Shown here: piece after piece, positions 1 to 10,900 of the stretch
Layout: each line of letters opens with the position of its first letter
Position numbering within the stretch: position 1 is the first letter of the stretch
IMG/VR virus record: IMGVR_UViG_3300049215_000171
Location: 3,273-67,272 of that record
From: a virus
DNA length: 64,000 bases
Strand: one strand, 5' to 3'
The notes under the pieces: model-generated
Databases searched by the model: none
Told to the model about the DNA's origin: nothing
Seen by the model: only the letters and a program-made list of their open reading frames with translations
Position numbers and translations under genes: made by a program

Positions 1-41
1 TACATTTAATTTAGCAGGATCTAGATAATAAGGAATCTTCT

Positions 42-2825
42 ATGGCAAACATACCAGGGTCAAATAATGCTCTTCCAGGCGTATTTACAAACGTCGTAAC
101 TCAAAGTAACGGCGCATCTGTACCAGGTGGCGTCAGAATCTCCTGCATAATTGGTGAAGGAGCGCGCACCGAAATAATTGTTCCATCCGCTGTTGGTAAT
201 GGAAATGACGGGTTAGACGGTTATTATACGTCGGCAACTGGCGCAGATGGTAGGCATTTTCTTTTACAATTCTCACCTATTATATCAAATAGGACACAGC
301 TTTTTAGAAACGGCGCTCTCCTTCAAGGGTTAGAGGAAGATATAGATCAAAATCCATTTTCATCGTCCTATGATTATAGGATTGATATTTCAAATGGTCA
401 TATTGAACTCCAACGAGCGCATTTAGTTGACCAGGGTGGAACATTTTATCTTAATGGTGGGACTAATGTCGGGGTTGGCACAGTTCAAAATCTTTCTCTA
501 GTAGACGTAAATGCTCCAAATGAAACTTGGACAGTTAAATGTGTTTCTGTACAACGAAATAATTTAAATCAACCAATTCCTGGTACGGCACAATTCGTAG
601 CTTTTGGTTCCGTATCCGGTAATGTTTTAGACGCAAATGGTAATCCAACTATATGGGTTGCGAATAACCAAATTGTGTCAAATAGTATTCTCATGTTTTC
701 TATTTCAGAAACCATGAACGGACCAACAACTATATCGCCATTTAGACCAGGTGATTATTTTACTATGCAGGTTAGTAGTGGTGTTCTAAGTAAAAATGAC
801 AGCTTGACTGCCACTTATATTGCTGTTGGTGATTTAAATGATCCAACATTTTTCTCATCGGTGCAAGATATAAATAAAAAACACGGATTACCAAGTTTAA
901 ATAATACACTATCTCTTGGTTGCCAATTAGCTTTTGCCAATTCTCCTCCTGGAATTATGTGTCTTCAATCGGCGCCGTCACTTCCAAGACGTACATCATA
1001 TGTTCTCGAAACAAGTTTTTCGGCAACATCAACGAATGTTAATGATTTCATTATACCTTTTCCGTTAGGCGTATCTCCAGATTCAAATTCAAATATAGAT
1101 ATATTTGTAACTAATCCAGCCACAGGTGTTGAAAAACAGCTGTTAGCAAATAAATTTCCATTTTTTACATTAGGAACTGTTGGTAATCCAACGGAATCAC
1201 AGTTTGTATTTGACAACGCGCTTCCTCCAGCAGGAAACTCGTACTCATATTCAGTAACGCAAACAAACGCAACAGTAAATTTTGGTCAAGATGGATATCT
1301 AAACAGAGATTTACTAACACAAATAAATGCATTATTTGGCTCATCAATAACATTCGATTCAACATATGTTGGAAAAGAGTTATCAATTATTGATGCGGTT
1401 AATGGTGCAAACGTTGGGGTATTTGCAATAGTAGGGGTTGTTGGTGGTAAGCTCCAAGTACGAGCTGAGTCAGTCCCACCATTTGCAGATTTTATTAATC
1501 AAGCAGATGTATCATTTGATTTAGTTGATTCAGTATTTGGAACAGTGATTCCGCTGAGTTCTGGTACGGACGGAGCACTAATTGCAATACCAAATACCGC
1601 AACTGGAACGTTAAGTAGCGTATCAATTAATTTTGCACCATTCAATGTTTTGAATAATGGATATAAGTTACAAATAACGTCATCAGTTGATCCGTCAAAT
1701 GTTGGATTATTTGATATTACTTCATATAACTCTGGTTCAAATACTCTAACAATTGCTAAATCCTTCGTTAGTGAGCATAGTCTAAAATATGAAGTAATCG
1801 ATCCATCACAAACAAGTGATTATTTAGTTCTTAATCATAACATAGTTCCTAATAACTATTCTTTACGAGTAACGATAGTTGATGTCCGTGATGCAACATT
1901 TTTTGATGCAGGTTGGGAAACAGCGTTAATGACACTAGAAGCGCAAGAATTAGATATATTAGTCCCTTTGCCCAAGCAAACAATATCAGTTATTTTTGAG
2001 AATGCATTGAATCATTGTATTACAATGAGCAATATAGCGAATAGAAAAGAACGCGTATTGTATATCGGGGCAATAAATGGGTTGACACCAGATAATGTGA
2101 CCGGTGCAAAGCCAGCGGCCGTTGAGAATATTGGAGTACTAGAGGGTATTCAGGGCGCAACAGTATCTGATGTATTAAGTGGTAATACTGAGGATTTAGC
2201 CAATTATTCAGTGCCAGCGGCATATGGAAACACATTCCGTTGTGTATATTTTTATCCAGATCAAATCGTTGTTCAAATAGGTGGTAATAATCAAATAATT
2301 GATGGATTCTATCTTGCCGCAGCAGCAGCTGGGTACACGTCTGGTTCTGCAAGTATACAAGAGCCACTTACGCATAAAAATCTAAGTGGATTCACAATTC
2401 TACGCAATAGAATGTTCAGTACAACTGTACTACAGAATTTGTCGGCTGCTGGCATAGCGGTAGTTCAACCAATTGCCGGCGGTGGTCAAATTGTATGGGG
2501 GCAGACAACCACACAAAGTGGTTTTCCAGAGGAAGAAGAAATATCAATTGTATTCATTAGAGATCGTATCGCTAAATCATTACGAGCCGGAATGGATGGA
2601 TTTATTGGAACTGCGGAACAGCCCGATACACAAGCAACATTGTTAACAAGAGCGATTGCGTTGTTACGAGGATTTCAGGGACAAGGGCTTATTACTGATT
2701 TCACACAACCAACTGTTGTTCGTGACCCAATCGAGCCTCGTCAGTGGAATATAACAGTGAAGGTACAACCAACTTATCCAATAAATTGGATTTATGTTAC
2801 AATTGATGTAGGTATAATCGCATAA
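42..2825 (+). CDS. Contractile tail sheath protein (927 aa, with inserted beta domains)
   Basis: N-terminal PGVFT motif; C-terminal sheath signature (GQIVWGQTT...EEISIVFIRDRI...WNITVKVQPTYPINWIYVTI); followed directly by a tube-sized gene; AAGGA upstream. Confidence 0.9.
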   Translation: MANIPGSNNALPGVFTNVVTQSNGASVPGGVRISCIIGEGARTEIIVPSAVGNGNDGLDGYYTSATGADGRHFLLQFSPIISNRTQLFRNGALLQGLEEDIDQNPFSSSYDYRIDISNGHIELQRAHLVDQGGTFYLNGGTNVGVGTVQNLSLVDVNAPNETWTVKCVSVQRNNLNQPIPGTAQFVAFGSVSGNVLDANGNPTIWVANNQIVSNSILMFSISETMNGPTTISPFRPGDYFTMQVSSGVLSKNDSLTATYIAVGDLNDPTFFSSVQDINKKHGLPSLNNTLSLGCQLAFANSPPGIMCLQSAPSLPRRTSYVLETSFSATSTNVNDFIIPFPLGVSPDSNSNIDIFVTNPATGVEKQLLANKFPFFTLGTVGNPTESQFVFDNALPPAGNSYSYSVTQTNATVNFGQDGYLNRDLLTQINALFGSSITFDSTYVGKELSIIDAVNGANVGVFAIVGVVGGKLQVRAESVPPFADFINQADVSFDLVDSVFGTVIPLSSGTDGALIAIPNTATGTLSSVSINFAPFNVLNNGYKLQITSSVDPSNVGLFDITSYNSGSNTLTIAKSFVSEHSLKYEVIDPSQTSDYLVLNHNIVPNNYSLRVTIVDVRDATFFDAGWETALMTLEAQELDILVPLPKQTISVIFENALNHCITMSNIANRKERVLYIGAINGLTPDNVTGAKPAAVENIGVLEGIQGATVSDVLSGNTEDLANYSVPAAYGNTFRCVYFYPDQIVVQIGGNNQIIDGFYLAAAAAGYTSGSASIQEPLTHKNLSGFTILRNRMFSTTVLQNLSAAGIAVVQPIAGGGQIVWGQTTTQSGFPEEEEISIVFIRDRIAKSLRAGMDGFIGTAEQPDTQATLLTRAIALLRGFQGQGLITDFTQPTVVRDPIEPRQWNITVKVQPTYPINWIYVTIDVGIIA

Positions 2826-2851
2826 TATAATATACAAGTAGGAGATAACTA

Positions 2852-3490
2852 ATGCCCAGTCTTGCACCCAATACAGGATCTATAACTCAAATTTCAGACG
2901 CTCAAAGGCCAGGCGGACATGATGCTACATTTGTTCAGCTATCAACCAATATCGTCATTCGTGTTAATGCGATTGCCATTGGAGCTATTCAAGAAATACA
3001 ATATACAGAATCTCGAAATATAACGATGGTTGATGAAGTTGGAACAGACGGTCACATAGATTCTGCTCCAACTAAAAGTACTGACGTTACCGGATCTTGT
3101 CAAAGACTTAGATTTTCGCGCGCTCGTTTAACCGAAGCATTCGGTCGCGGATATTTACATTTACATTCACAACGTATTCCGTTTGATATTGATATATATG
3201 ACATTGCAAATGGTGATGGTAGTAACGCAATAGTTACAACATTAAAGAACGTATGGTTTAATAACTTGGCGATGACAATGCAGGCATCTAATTGGTTGAT
3301 TACAGAAACGGCTCAATTCATGGCCGAAGAGATTTATTCAAATCTTAACGGTGGTAACGCCGCAACTGGTGGGTTACTTGGCTCAAATATAATGCAAATA
3401 AATTCAATCGAACGACAGGCTGATATGGGTAAACGTCTTGGTAGCATGGATGCGCCTGGATTAATTACAGATTTCTTTTCAAACGTTTAA
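2852..3490 (+). CDS. Tail tube protein
   Basis: 212 aa beta-rich protein right after the sheath (IGAIQEIQYTESR..., IPFDIDIYD, TTLKNVWF); AGGAG RBS. Confidence 0.8.
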   Translation: MPSLAPNTGSITQISDAQRPGGHDATFVQLSTNIVIRVNAIAIGAIQEIQYTESRNITMVDEVGTDGHIDSAPTKSTDVTGSCQRLRFSRARLTEAFGRGYLHLHSQRIPFDIDIYDIANGDGSNAIVTTLKNVWFNNLAMTMQASNWLITETAQFMAEEIYSNLNGGNAATGGLLGSNIMQINSIERQADMGKRLGSMDAPGLITDFFSNV

Positions 3491-3511
3491 ATAAAACTAT
3501 AAATAACATAT

Positions 3512-3550
3512 TCCCGCGATATATAACAATATTGCGGGATTTGTATTTTT
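3512..3550 (+). terminator. Probable intrinsic terminator after the sheath-tube operon
   Basis: Hairpin TCCCGCGATAT-ataaca-ATATTGCGGGA (11 bp, one G-U pair) followed by TTTGTATTTTT. Confidence 0.6.
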
Positions 3551-3597
3551 AATTCCCACATTCTAATAAAATCATATATTAACAGGAGAAAGTCGTC

Positions 3598-4224
3598 ATG
3601 CCAGATTTCAATCAACCAAATTTTCGTAAAACAACAACTGTACAACAACCAAAATCACAAATGCGTGAGTTCAATGTAGGGCTCCCAGAAGATTTACCAG
3701 AAGATACTAGGCAAGTTTCTCAACAACCACAACAATTATCACAAGCAGAAGTTGACGCGAGGATAAAGGTTGCTCGTCAAGAAAAAGCCGAAATATTAAA
3801 ACACGGTGCAAGAATTACAGATCATGGAAAGCGAAGAATTGAATTATTAGCTAATATAGGTCGCCTGACTCGTGATGTAAAAATAGGCGATTCGATATTT
3901 TCATTACGAACATTAAAATCACAAGAAGTTCGTGATGCTACAATGGATGCATTGTCTGTTGGTAAAAACGATTATGATGTGTCTCTTGAATTAAGAAAAC
4001 AACAATTAATTCGTGCAATATATAAAATTGACGGTGAAGACATTAACGAGGTTCTTGGAAGCTATGATATTTCAGTAAAATTAGAACTAATGGATAATCT
4101 CGAAGAAGTTGCGGTTTCAAGGTTATGGGATGAATTTGCTGATATGAAAAAAGAAGCAAATACAAAATATGGAATGACGACTCAAAAGGCAACTGAGGAG
4201 GTGGTAGAAGATTTAAAAAAATAG
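3598..4224 (+). CDS. Tail assembly chaperone (gpG-like)
   Basis: Lies between tube and tape measure; ends in a slippery sequence (GAT TTA AAA AAA TAG). Confidence 0.7.
   Translation: MPDFNQPNFRKTTTVQQPKSQMREFNVGLPEDLPEDTRQVSQQPQQLSQAEVDARIKVARQEKAEILKHGARITDHGKRRIELLANIGRLTRDVKIGDSIFSLRTLKSQEVRDATMDALSVGKNDYDVSLELRKQQLIRAIYKIDGEDINEVLGSYDISVKLELMDNLEEVAVSRLWDEFADMKKEANTKYGMTTQKATEEVVEDLKK
4212..4221 (+). other. Programmed -1 ribosomal frameshift site
   Basis: Overlapping heptamers T TTA AAA (4212-4218) and A AAA AAA (4215-4221) immediately before the TAG; the -1 frame is open into ORF 4266..4577. Confidence 0.75.
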
Positions 4225-4577
4225 TAAGGGAATCAGACCATAGATTTCTCTGGTTCTTATGCAAAATGCGTGGCTGTTTCCCAGATGATCCTATAATAGA
4301 AAATATGGATCCAGTTATGAAAGCGTGGATGTTCTATAATTGGATAGAAGATTTTGGAGATGAAAACAAAATGCTCGAAAATCAAGCAATGCTCATAGGA
4401 TCATTTACTAATCCAGAGTTAGTTCAAAAAATTCTTGGACATGGAGTTTCAAAATCCGCCTCAAGTGATGAGGAATTTGAACAAACATCAAGGCTAATTT
4501 TGGAAGCAGACGAGCAGGCTGAAAAAGAAAAGCAGAAAGCAAGAAAACGAAAGAGGAAGCGTAAAATAGAGGAATAA
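4221..4577 (+). CDS. Tail assembly chaperone frameshift extension (gpGT-like C-terminal part; track ORF 4266..4577)
   Basis: -1 frame reads IVRESDHRFLWFLCKMRGCFPDD... without a stop from 4221. Confidence 0.7.
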   Translation: MVRESDHRFLWFLCKMRGCFPDDPIIENMDPVMKAWMFYNWIEDFGDENKMLENQAMLIGSFTNPELVQKILGHGVSKSASSDEEFEQTSRLILEADEQAEKEKQKARKRKRKRKIEE

Positions 4578-4583
4578 TTTTAA

Positions 4584-6980
4584 ATGGCAAATGATCCAGT
4601 AGTACCAGCAGATAAAGCAATAACAGATGCGCAAGCATTTGCGGATAATACAACGTCTAATTTTAATGTATTGCATTTGTTATTGGGCGAAACAAATAAA
4701 ATGCTTAAGGAAGTAGGAGAAAGTTTTATAAAATCTTTTGGTTCTGATACTGCTGTCAAAGCAATAAAAGACGCAATAAGTCGTATTGGAGATATGGGAA
4801 GCGTTATACGAAATAGTATGGATTCCATTAAGGTTCTTGGTAATGATTTTGAAAATGTTGGAGTGGTCGGTGTTGGTGCGATAGATGGTGTTACGGATTC
4901 GGTCGATCGATTGTTGGTTGATTTAGATAAAGCTTCTGCATTTATTGGTTGGGGGAAAATGTTTGAGGGAATGGATGTCGGCGGGGCAAGCATTAATACT
5001 GTAAGCGGAAATATTGAATCACTTACTGAAATATTAGCTAATTTTTTACATATAGATACTAAAACAATAGTGGGAAAATTTGGAAAGGTTAGCGATGCAT
5101 TTATAAATAATGCACAGCAAGCAGAAAAATTAGATAATACTTATATTTCATTACAAGCTTCCGCCGGCAATATGAATGATTTATTTGATGAATCTGGTAA
5201 AACATTAATTGATCTTTCTGCTAAAACAAAAAATTATACAAATCAAATATTGGATGTGGCAGGTGCCACAGGTCAAAATAAACAAAATACAATGGCTATG
5301 GCAAATGAGTTATCAAAATTACCAAAATATTTAGATCAAACAGTTAGCTCTGGTGGTAATGCATCAGATCAATTAAAAACATTACATTCTACAATGCAAC
5401 TAATGAGCGGTACAGGACAATCATCAACCACAATAATTAAAATATTAGGTGAATCATATGATAAACTTGGGCAAGCAACCGGTAGAGTTACAGATCAAGC
5501 TCAAAAGGGTGCTGAGTTTTTGGCGGATATATCAAGTGTTGCAAATACGCTTGGAATAAATTTTCAACAATTACAACCGCATATGGAAAATATTGCTGAA
5601 AAATTTAAATTTATTGGTAATGAATCCGATGATGGTGCAAAGTTTTTAACAAGATATACGGATGCTCTTCGACAAACTGGATTAACGGCTCAATCTTCAA
5701 TGGAAATTGTTGATCAAATGGCCGGCTCAATGAGCAAAATGACAATGGGAACTAAAGCATTTTTATCATTACGTTCTGGTGGGCCAGGCGGATTACAAGG
5801 TGCATTTAAAATTGAAGAACTATTGGCTCACGGCAAATTAGACCAGGTTGTACAAATGGCAGAAAAAGCTATGCGACAACAATTTAACGGCAGAATAGTC
5901 ACAAGAGAAGAAGCTGCAACGCAGGGTGGTGCAACAGCATCTCAATTTATGAGACAACGTTCATTATTACAAAGCGGTGCGTTTGGAATAGGTAAAGATG
6001 TTAGTGACGATCAAGCAACTAAATTATTAGAAGCGATGGGTAAAAAAGATTTCGGTACCATATCTAAAACACTAAAAGTAGGACAAGAGGCAATTGGAGA
6101 TGTATTTTCTAAGGGCAAAGCTATTGATGAAAGAAATAATACCGAATTAAAGAAAATAGCTCTTCAAACAGAACGTATGGCAGTAGCTGGTATAATTACT
6201 GCTGGTATTATGATGAAACGAGAGTTTGGTACTACCGGCAATAATAGAAATGATTTATTGGATTCAATGAAAAGAAGCGGAATATCGGGCGATGAATCAG
6301 TTAAAAGAAGCGCAACTGCTAGAACAGCTGAAGATTATAAAAAAGAAGAAGCTATTAGTGAGAGACAATATGCAGTTAATATGCTTGAAAGTACTAACGG
6401 GATCATTGATGGATTAGTACAAGCCGGCAAAGATGTTGCTAAGGACGCTGGTAATGTAGCAAATGATTTCAAGGGGCTACTGGGACAAGTTCCAATGAGT
6501 GCAGAAGAAAAGGTAATGGATAATACCATTGCTCAACCACGACAATCAATGTCAAAATCGGATAGATCGTTACAAAATGTACTCAAGATTTCTGGTGAAA
6601 CAACAATTTCTGCAAAATATAATCCACAATCACAAAGAATGCCAACTATTGCAGAAGCCAATGTTAACCCAGAAATGATGGCACAGAGAAAGAAAATGAT
6701 GCAAGAATCTAGTGACCGACGTCAAGGCATTTACACTAATGCGGTTCACTCAGCATCATCACCTCAGCATAGAACTTCAGCCGTTATTACAACTAATAGA
6801 GAAGCGTTAAAAACGCAAGCAGAGGTAAAACAGCTTCCACCTCAAAAAATAGCATTAGAGATAACGGCACCGCCAGGATTTGGTGTAAATGTTAAGTCAG
6901 CACCAGCTAGTGTAAGCGTAAATAATTTCAATGGCGCCGCCTCCGGCGCAAATAATGGAAGATCAGATCCTGGATACTAA
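4584..6980 (+). CDS. Tape measure protein (798 aa)
   Basis: Ala/Gly/Gln/Met-rich helical composition; directly downstream of the chaperone pair. Confidence 0.75.
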   Translation: MANDPVVPADKAITDAQAFADNTTSNFNVLHLLLGETNKMLKEVGESFIKSFGSDTAVKAIKDAISRIGDMGSVIRNSMDSIKVLGNDFENVGVVGVGAIDGVTDSVDRLLVDLDKASAFIGWGKMFEGMDVGGASINTVSGNIESLTEILANFLHIDTKTIVGKFGKVSDAFINNAQQAEKLDNTYISLQASAGNMNDLFDESGKTLIDLSAKTKNYTNQILDVAGATGQNKQNTMAMANELSKLPKYLDQTVSSGGNASDQLKTLHSTMQLMSGTGQSSTTIIKILGESYDKLGQATGRVTDQAQKGAEFLADISSVANTLGINFQQLQPHMENIAEKFKFIGNESDDGAKFLTRYTDALRQTGLTAQSSMEIVDQMAGSMSKMTMGTKAFLSLRSGGPGGLQGAFKIEELLAHGKLDQVVQMAEKAMRQQFNGRIVTREEAATQGGATASQFMRQRSLLQSGAFGIGKDVSDDQATKLLEAMGKKDFGTISKTLKVGQEAIGDVFSKGKAIDERNNTELKKIALQTERMAVAGIITAGIMMKREFGTTGNNRNDLLDSMKRSGISGDESVKRSATARTAEDYKKEEAISERQYAVNMLESTNGIIDGLVQAGKDVAKDAGNVANDFKGLLGQVPMSAEEKVMDNTIAQPRQSMSKSDRSLQNVLKISGETTISAKYNPQSQRMPTIAEANVNPEMMAQRKKMMQESSDRRQGIYTNAVHSASSPQHRTSAVITTNREALKTQAEVKQLPPQKIALEITAPPGFGVNVKSAPASVSVNNFNGAASGANNGRSDPGY

Positions 6981-6994
6981 AATAGCATATATGT

Positions 6995-7876
6995 ATGGCA
7001 TTATTAAATGATCAAACAAGTAATACGTTAAATGCGCTTACTAATAGTAATTCGTTAAATAAAGCCATAACAGGGCAGACTCAATATTCATCTTTTCAGC
7101 AAGATGGATTTATTACGCCTCCAATACCAGGTGCTGATGGGAATGGATTACCATCAAGTAAAATATTGCCATTACAAATAGCGGTCCCAAGAAGGAATAT
7201 AGGACATTGGTTCGTTCCAGATGTTGGCGTTATTAATATGTACATTAATCCTCAATCTATACAGTATTCTACCGCAAAAATTATCAATACAGATAGAACA
7301 AAGGGAGGATATAATATACAGTATTGGGGTGAGGAATTAATGACAATAACACTAAATGGGCATACTGGTAGTTCAGGTGTTGAGGGACTAAATGTTTTAT
7401 ATGAGATATATAGAGCAGAACAGTATCTTTTTGACCCAATTGCATTAACAATGGCTTCAGATAACTCAATAACAGGACTAAATGATTTAGTCGATTCAGC
7501 ATTAGGAAATCTTGGTGGATTCGCTAGCTCATTAGCAAGCGGTACGTTAGGAGTATTGGGGTTAGACCCAGCGAGTCAAAATATATTACCACAAAACGTA
7601 CCATCGTTAGCGTCAATGGCATTAGGTATAGAATTTTATTATTCAGGTTGGGTGTTCAGAGGATATTTCAATTCATTTAGTTTTAATGAAAGTGTTGATA
7701 AGATGGGATTATTTACATACGATATTAAATTTACTGTTACACAAAGACGTGGTTATCGTACAAATAACTTCGCGTTTCAACGTTCCGCTAATTACGGCCC
7801 ATCAAACACTAATGTTATACCACTTAGTTTTAGTGATGTACAGAACGCAAATAATTTTAATACTACATCTAAATAA
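6995..7876 (+). CDS. Putative tail tube initiator / baseplate protein
   Basis: After the TMP; MYINPQSIQYS...RTKGGY..QYWGEE...FRGYFNSFSFNE...FTYDIKFTV resembles tube-fold baseplate proteins. Confidence 0.5.
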   Translation: MALLNDQTSNTLNALTNSNSLNKAITGQTQYSSFQQDGFITPPIPGADGNGLPSSKILPLQIAVPRRNIGHWFVPDVGVINMYINPQSIQYSTAKIINTDRTKGGYNIQYWGEELMTITLNGHTGSSGVEGLNVLYEIYRAEQYLFDPIALTMASDNSITGLNDLVDSALGNLGGFASSLASGTLGVLGLDPASQNILPQNVPSLASMALGIEFYYSGWVFRGYFNSFSFNESVDKMGLFTYDIKFTVTQRRGYRTNNFAFQRSANYGPSNTNVIPLSFSDVQNANNFNTTSK

Positions 7877-7907
7877 TTAATGATATATATTGTAAGAAGG
7901 AATAATA

Positions 7908-10900
7908 GTGGCCAATCCTAATGATTTTTTGAGTAACTTAGGTGATATCCTCAATCAGCAGTTCAGTACAGGTGATTCAAAATTAAAATCACTTGAAATT
8001 GCTCAAGACGGTCATACTAATCAATATGGTCATCTTGGTGATTTTGCAAATAAATTTGATCAAACTGCTGACAGAAGTTACACTGAAGAGGGTGCTCAGC
8101 GTATAGATTATAATAATTATGCTCCAAAACAACTTAACATATCTCTACAAGATCCTAGTGCCACGGTTCTTGTAAAAAAACGTATGTTCGCCTCGCTTGC
8201 CGAAAACTTCCGTCCTGATTTAATGGACGCTCACGAAAAATTATTCTATAAAACAACAAAAGTTCTATTTCAAAATAAATGCACTCAAATTTCATCATAT
8301 GAAAAATTATGTAAAATATCACAGATATCATCAGATCTTGGTAGGGTAGATTACCATCTTTTACCGATTATATTTTCTCTTACAGATAATATATCACAAT
8401 TACCGGGGACAACTCTTGGTGCTTATGGAGCTGATAGCTTGCAAGATTCGATAAATGGTACACTATCAAAGTTTTCAAATATAGTAGATCGAGTAAAACA
8501 AATTTATGCATTATCACAAGATAATCCATATACAACTTGGATTGCCGGTATACCGGATACTTTTCGTTCTAGTTTTAGTCAAGGTACCGGTGTAATAGAA
8601 TTTAACAATGTAACATCGTTTACAACCACTACAACATTAGATTTCGCACAGGGCAATTTCACATTAAATTTCAGTGATCCATATAAAATTATGAGAATAA
8701 CTAATCTTGATATAGAGCAAGCTATAAATGATGCAACAAATAGATTTTATTCTAATTCATTTTTACAATTTGGTATTACGTCATTAGATCAAACAATTTC
8801 ATTACAAAAACAACAATTAAATCTTAATAGGGAAGTTCGAGGTGCCAATCCAATTAATTTTTTAGTTAGCCCTGATACATATCTTGGAAAACGAGTCCGC
8901 GCAATTATAGACAATATAGGATTTGAAATTAATTTTGACGCTAGTTCCATTGGTAATTTAGCCGGATCAAACAACATAGATCCTTCCGCCTTAGAAGGAA
9001 GTGATGCATTAGGTAATGATGGATTAAGCAGTAATGAGGTGGTTATATTTAATAATATAGTTAGTTCATTATACTCACAAATATCATTAGTTACGAATAC
9101 AAGGCGTAATGCAATAGCTGATAATCAAGATCAAACTAAAAATTTAAATCTTATAAGAAAAAAAATGAGATTGCATTATGCCGGTAAGCTTGTAATCCAA
9201 CCAATGGATAGCGTTCACATATATATAAATTCAAAAAAGAAAATAGATAATAAGGTTCTAGGTGGATTGCAAAGTTCATTTTCCGGATTAGGGTTTTTAC
9301 AAGGATTAAATAATTTAACAAATGATATAAAAGATACGTTTGCAGTAAATGAAAATTATTCATTAGAAAAATCAGTTTTTGTTGGTAATGATTTTCCAAA
9401 TTGGTTATGGCAAATAATGCGAAGTCAAATAATTTCTGATAAGGATGGCACTCATATATTTGCTGGTGTAGTAGATAAAGCAACATCGCAATATAGTGAT
9501 AGAAAATATTTAGTTTCAGTAAGTGGTTCTGATAATAGCAGTTATTTTAAATACGGTGTGGTTAATTTTAAACCCTCAGTAGAAGTATGGAATGGTTCAT
9601 TATATGACCCACTGACTCCATTTAAATTAGAAATTGATACGGTTACAGGTGTTCAAGATGATCAGTTAGAACTTTTGGATGAAAATAAAAATTTATTTGA
9701 ATCTGCGTTTATAAAAGATAAAAATGGATTATATGCTGGCACCATTACAACAGAAAAAAACTTTTTACAACAAGATGCTGATAGATTAAAAAATAATTCC
9801 GTGCGTCGTGTATTTTATGATCCTGATGGAATGGTATATAGGTGGAAAGAAGGGATTACTACACTTACATTATATGGTGATTCATATCAGCCAAGTCCTC
9901 CTGGAAGTTACGCTCCGGCCCTGACTAGTAATCCGTTTGCTGGACAGGATATAATGAATGTTCTTTCATTGTTGATTTCAGGTGAACCATATAATTTTAC
10001 TACTTTTTATAAAGCTGCTCTTAATTTTGATACCGGGTTCAAAAGAGATTCTGGATCAAATCAGGGTCCGACTGGTTCATTTTTAAGAGGATTAACTCAA
10101 CAGTTAAAATATAGAAATGCTATTTATGGAAACTTCATACCATTTAAACAACTAACGGTAGATGAATCAACTTTTTCAAAGGTGTTAAATAATCAACTAA
10201 ATATCAACTCATATGACTCTGAATTACAGGGGCTTTTACAACAAAGAGCGGATTTTGCCGACAAGCTTTCTATATTTGGTATAACTAGTGCACAAGATAT
10301 AGCAACAAAGGGTAATGATAATTCTGCATTAATACAAAAAAATTTACAACAACTAGATACACTAATACAAGATAAAATTAATAATATTAATTCTACACTT
10401 AATCAAGTTGGTAATCCGCCAGTTAAATTACTTGGAAATGATATATCTTTTGATTATGATAATTCAAATCTTAATTCCGGATCTAAAACAAGATTAGATG
10501 ATAGATCCAGAAGAGAGCTTAGACGCAAACTTTTATTTCTTACTAGGCGATTAGCGTGGAAAGTTAGAGCTAATGAGGATGTTAATTTTTTTATAGTAGA
10601 CGATACTTATGACAAAGATTATGATCTTCAGGCATTTGAACAAGAGTTTGTTAGTCCTGATACATTTAAAAGTGATTACACGACTGTTGCAACAAAAATA
10701 GAAGGTATAAAAAATGTAATAAATGGGCTTGAATTATTTGTAAATACACAAGGACATATAGAGACAAGAAGCCCAAGATATAATAGAGTTCCAAGTTCCG
10801 TTTTTTATAAAATGCTTAGATTAAAAAATGATTTAGGTATTCAGATATTCCCACAATTTCTAGAAGACTTATCCCTAAATCAGTTAGATGGTGCTTACCA

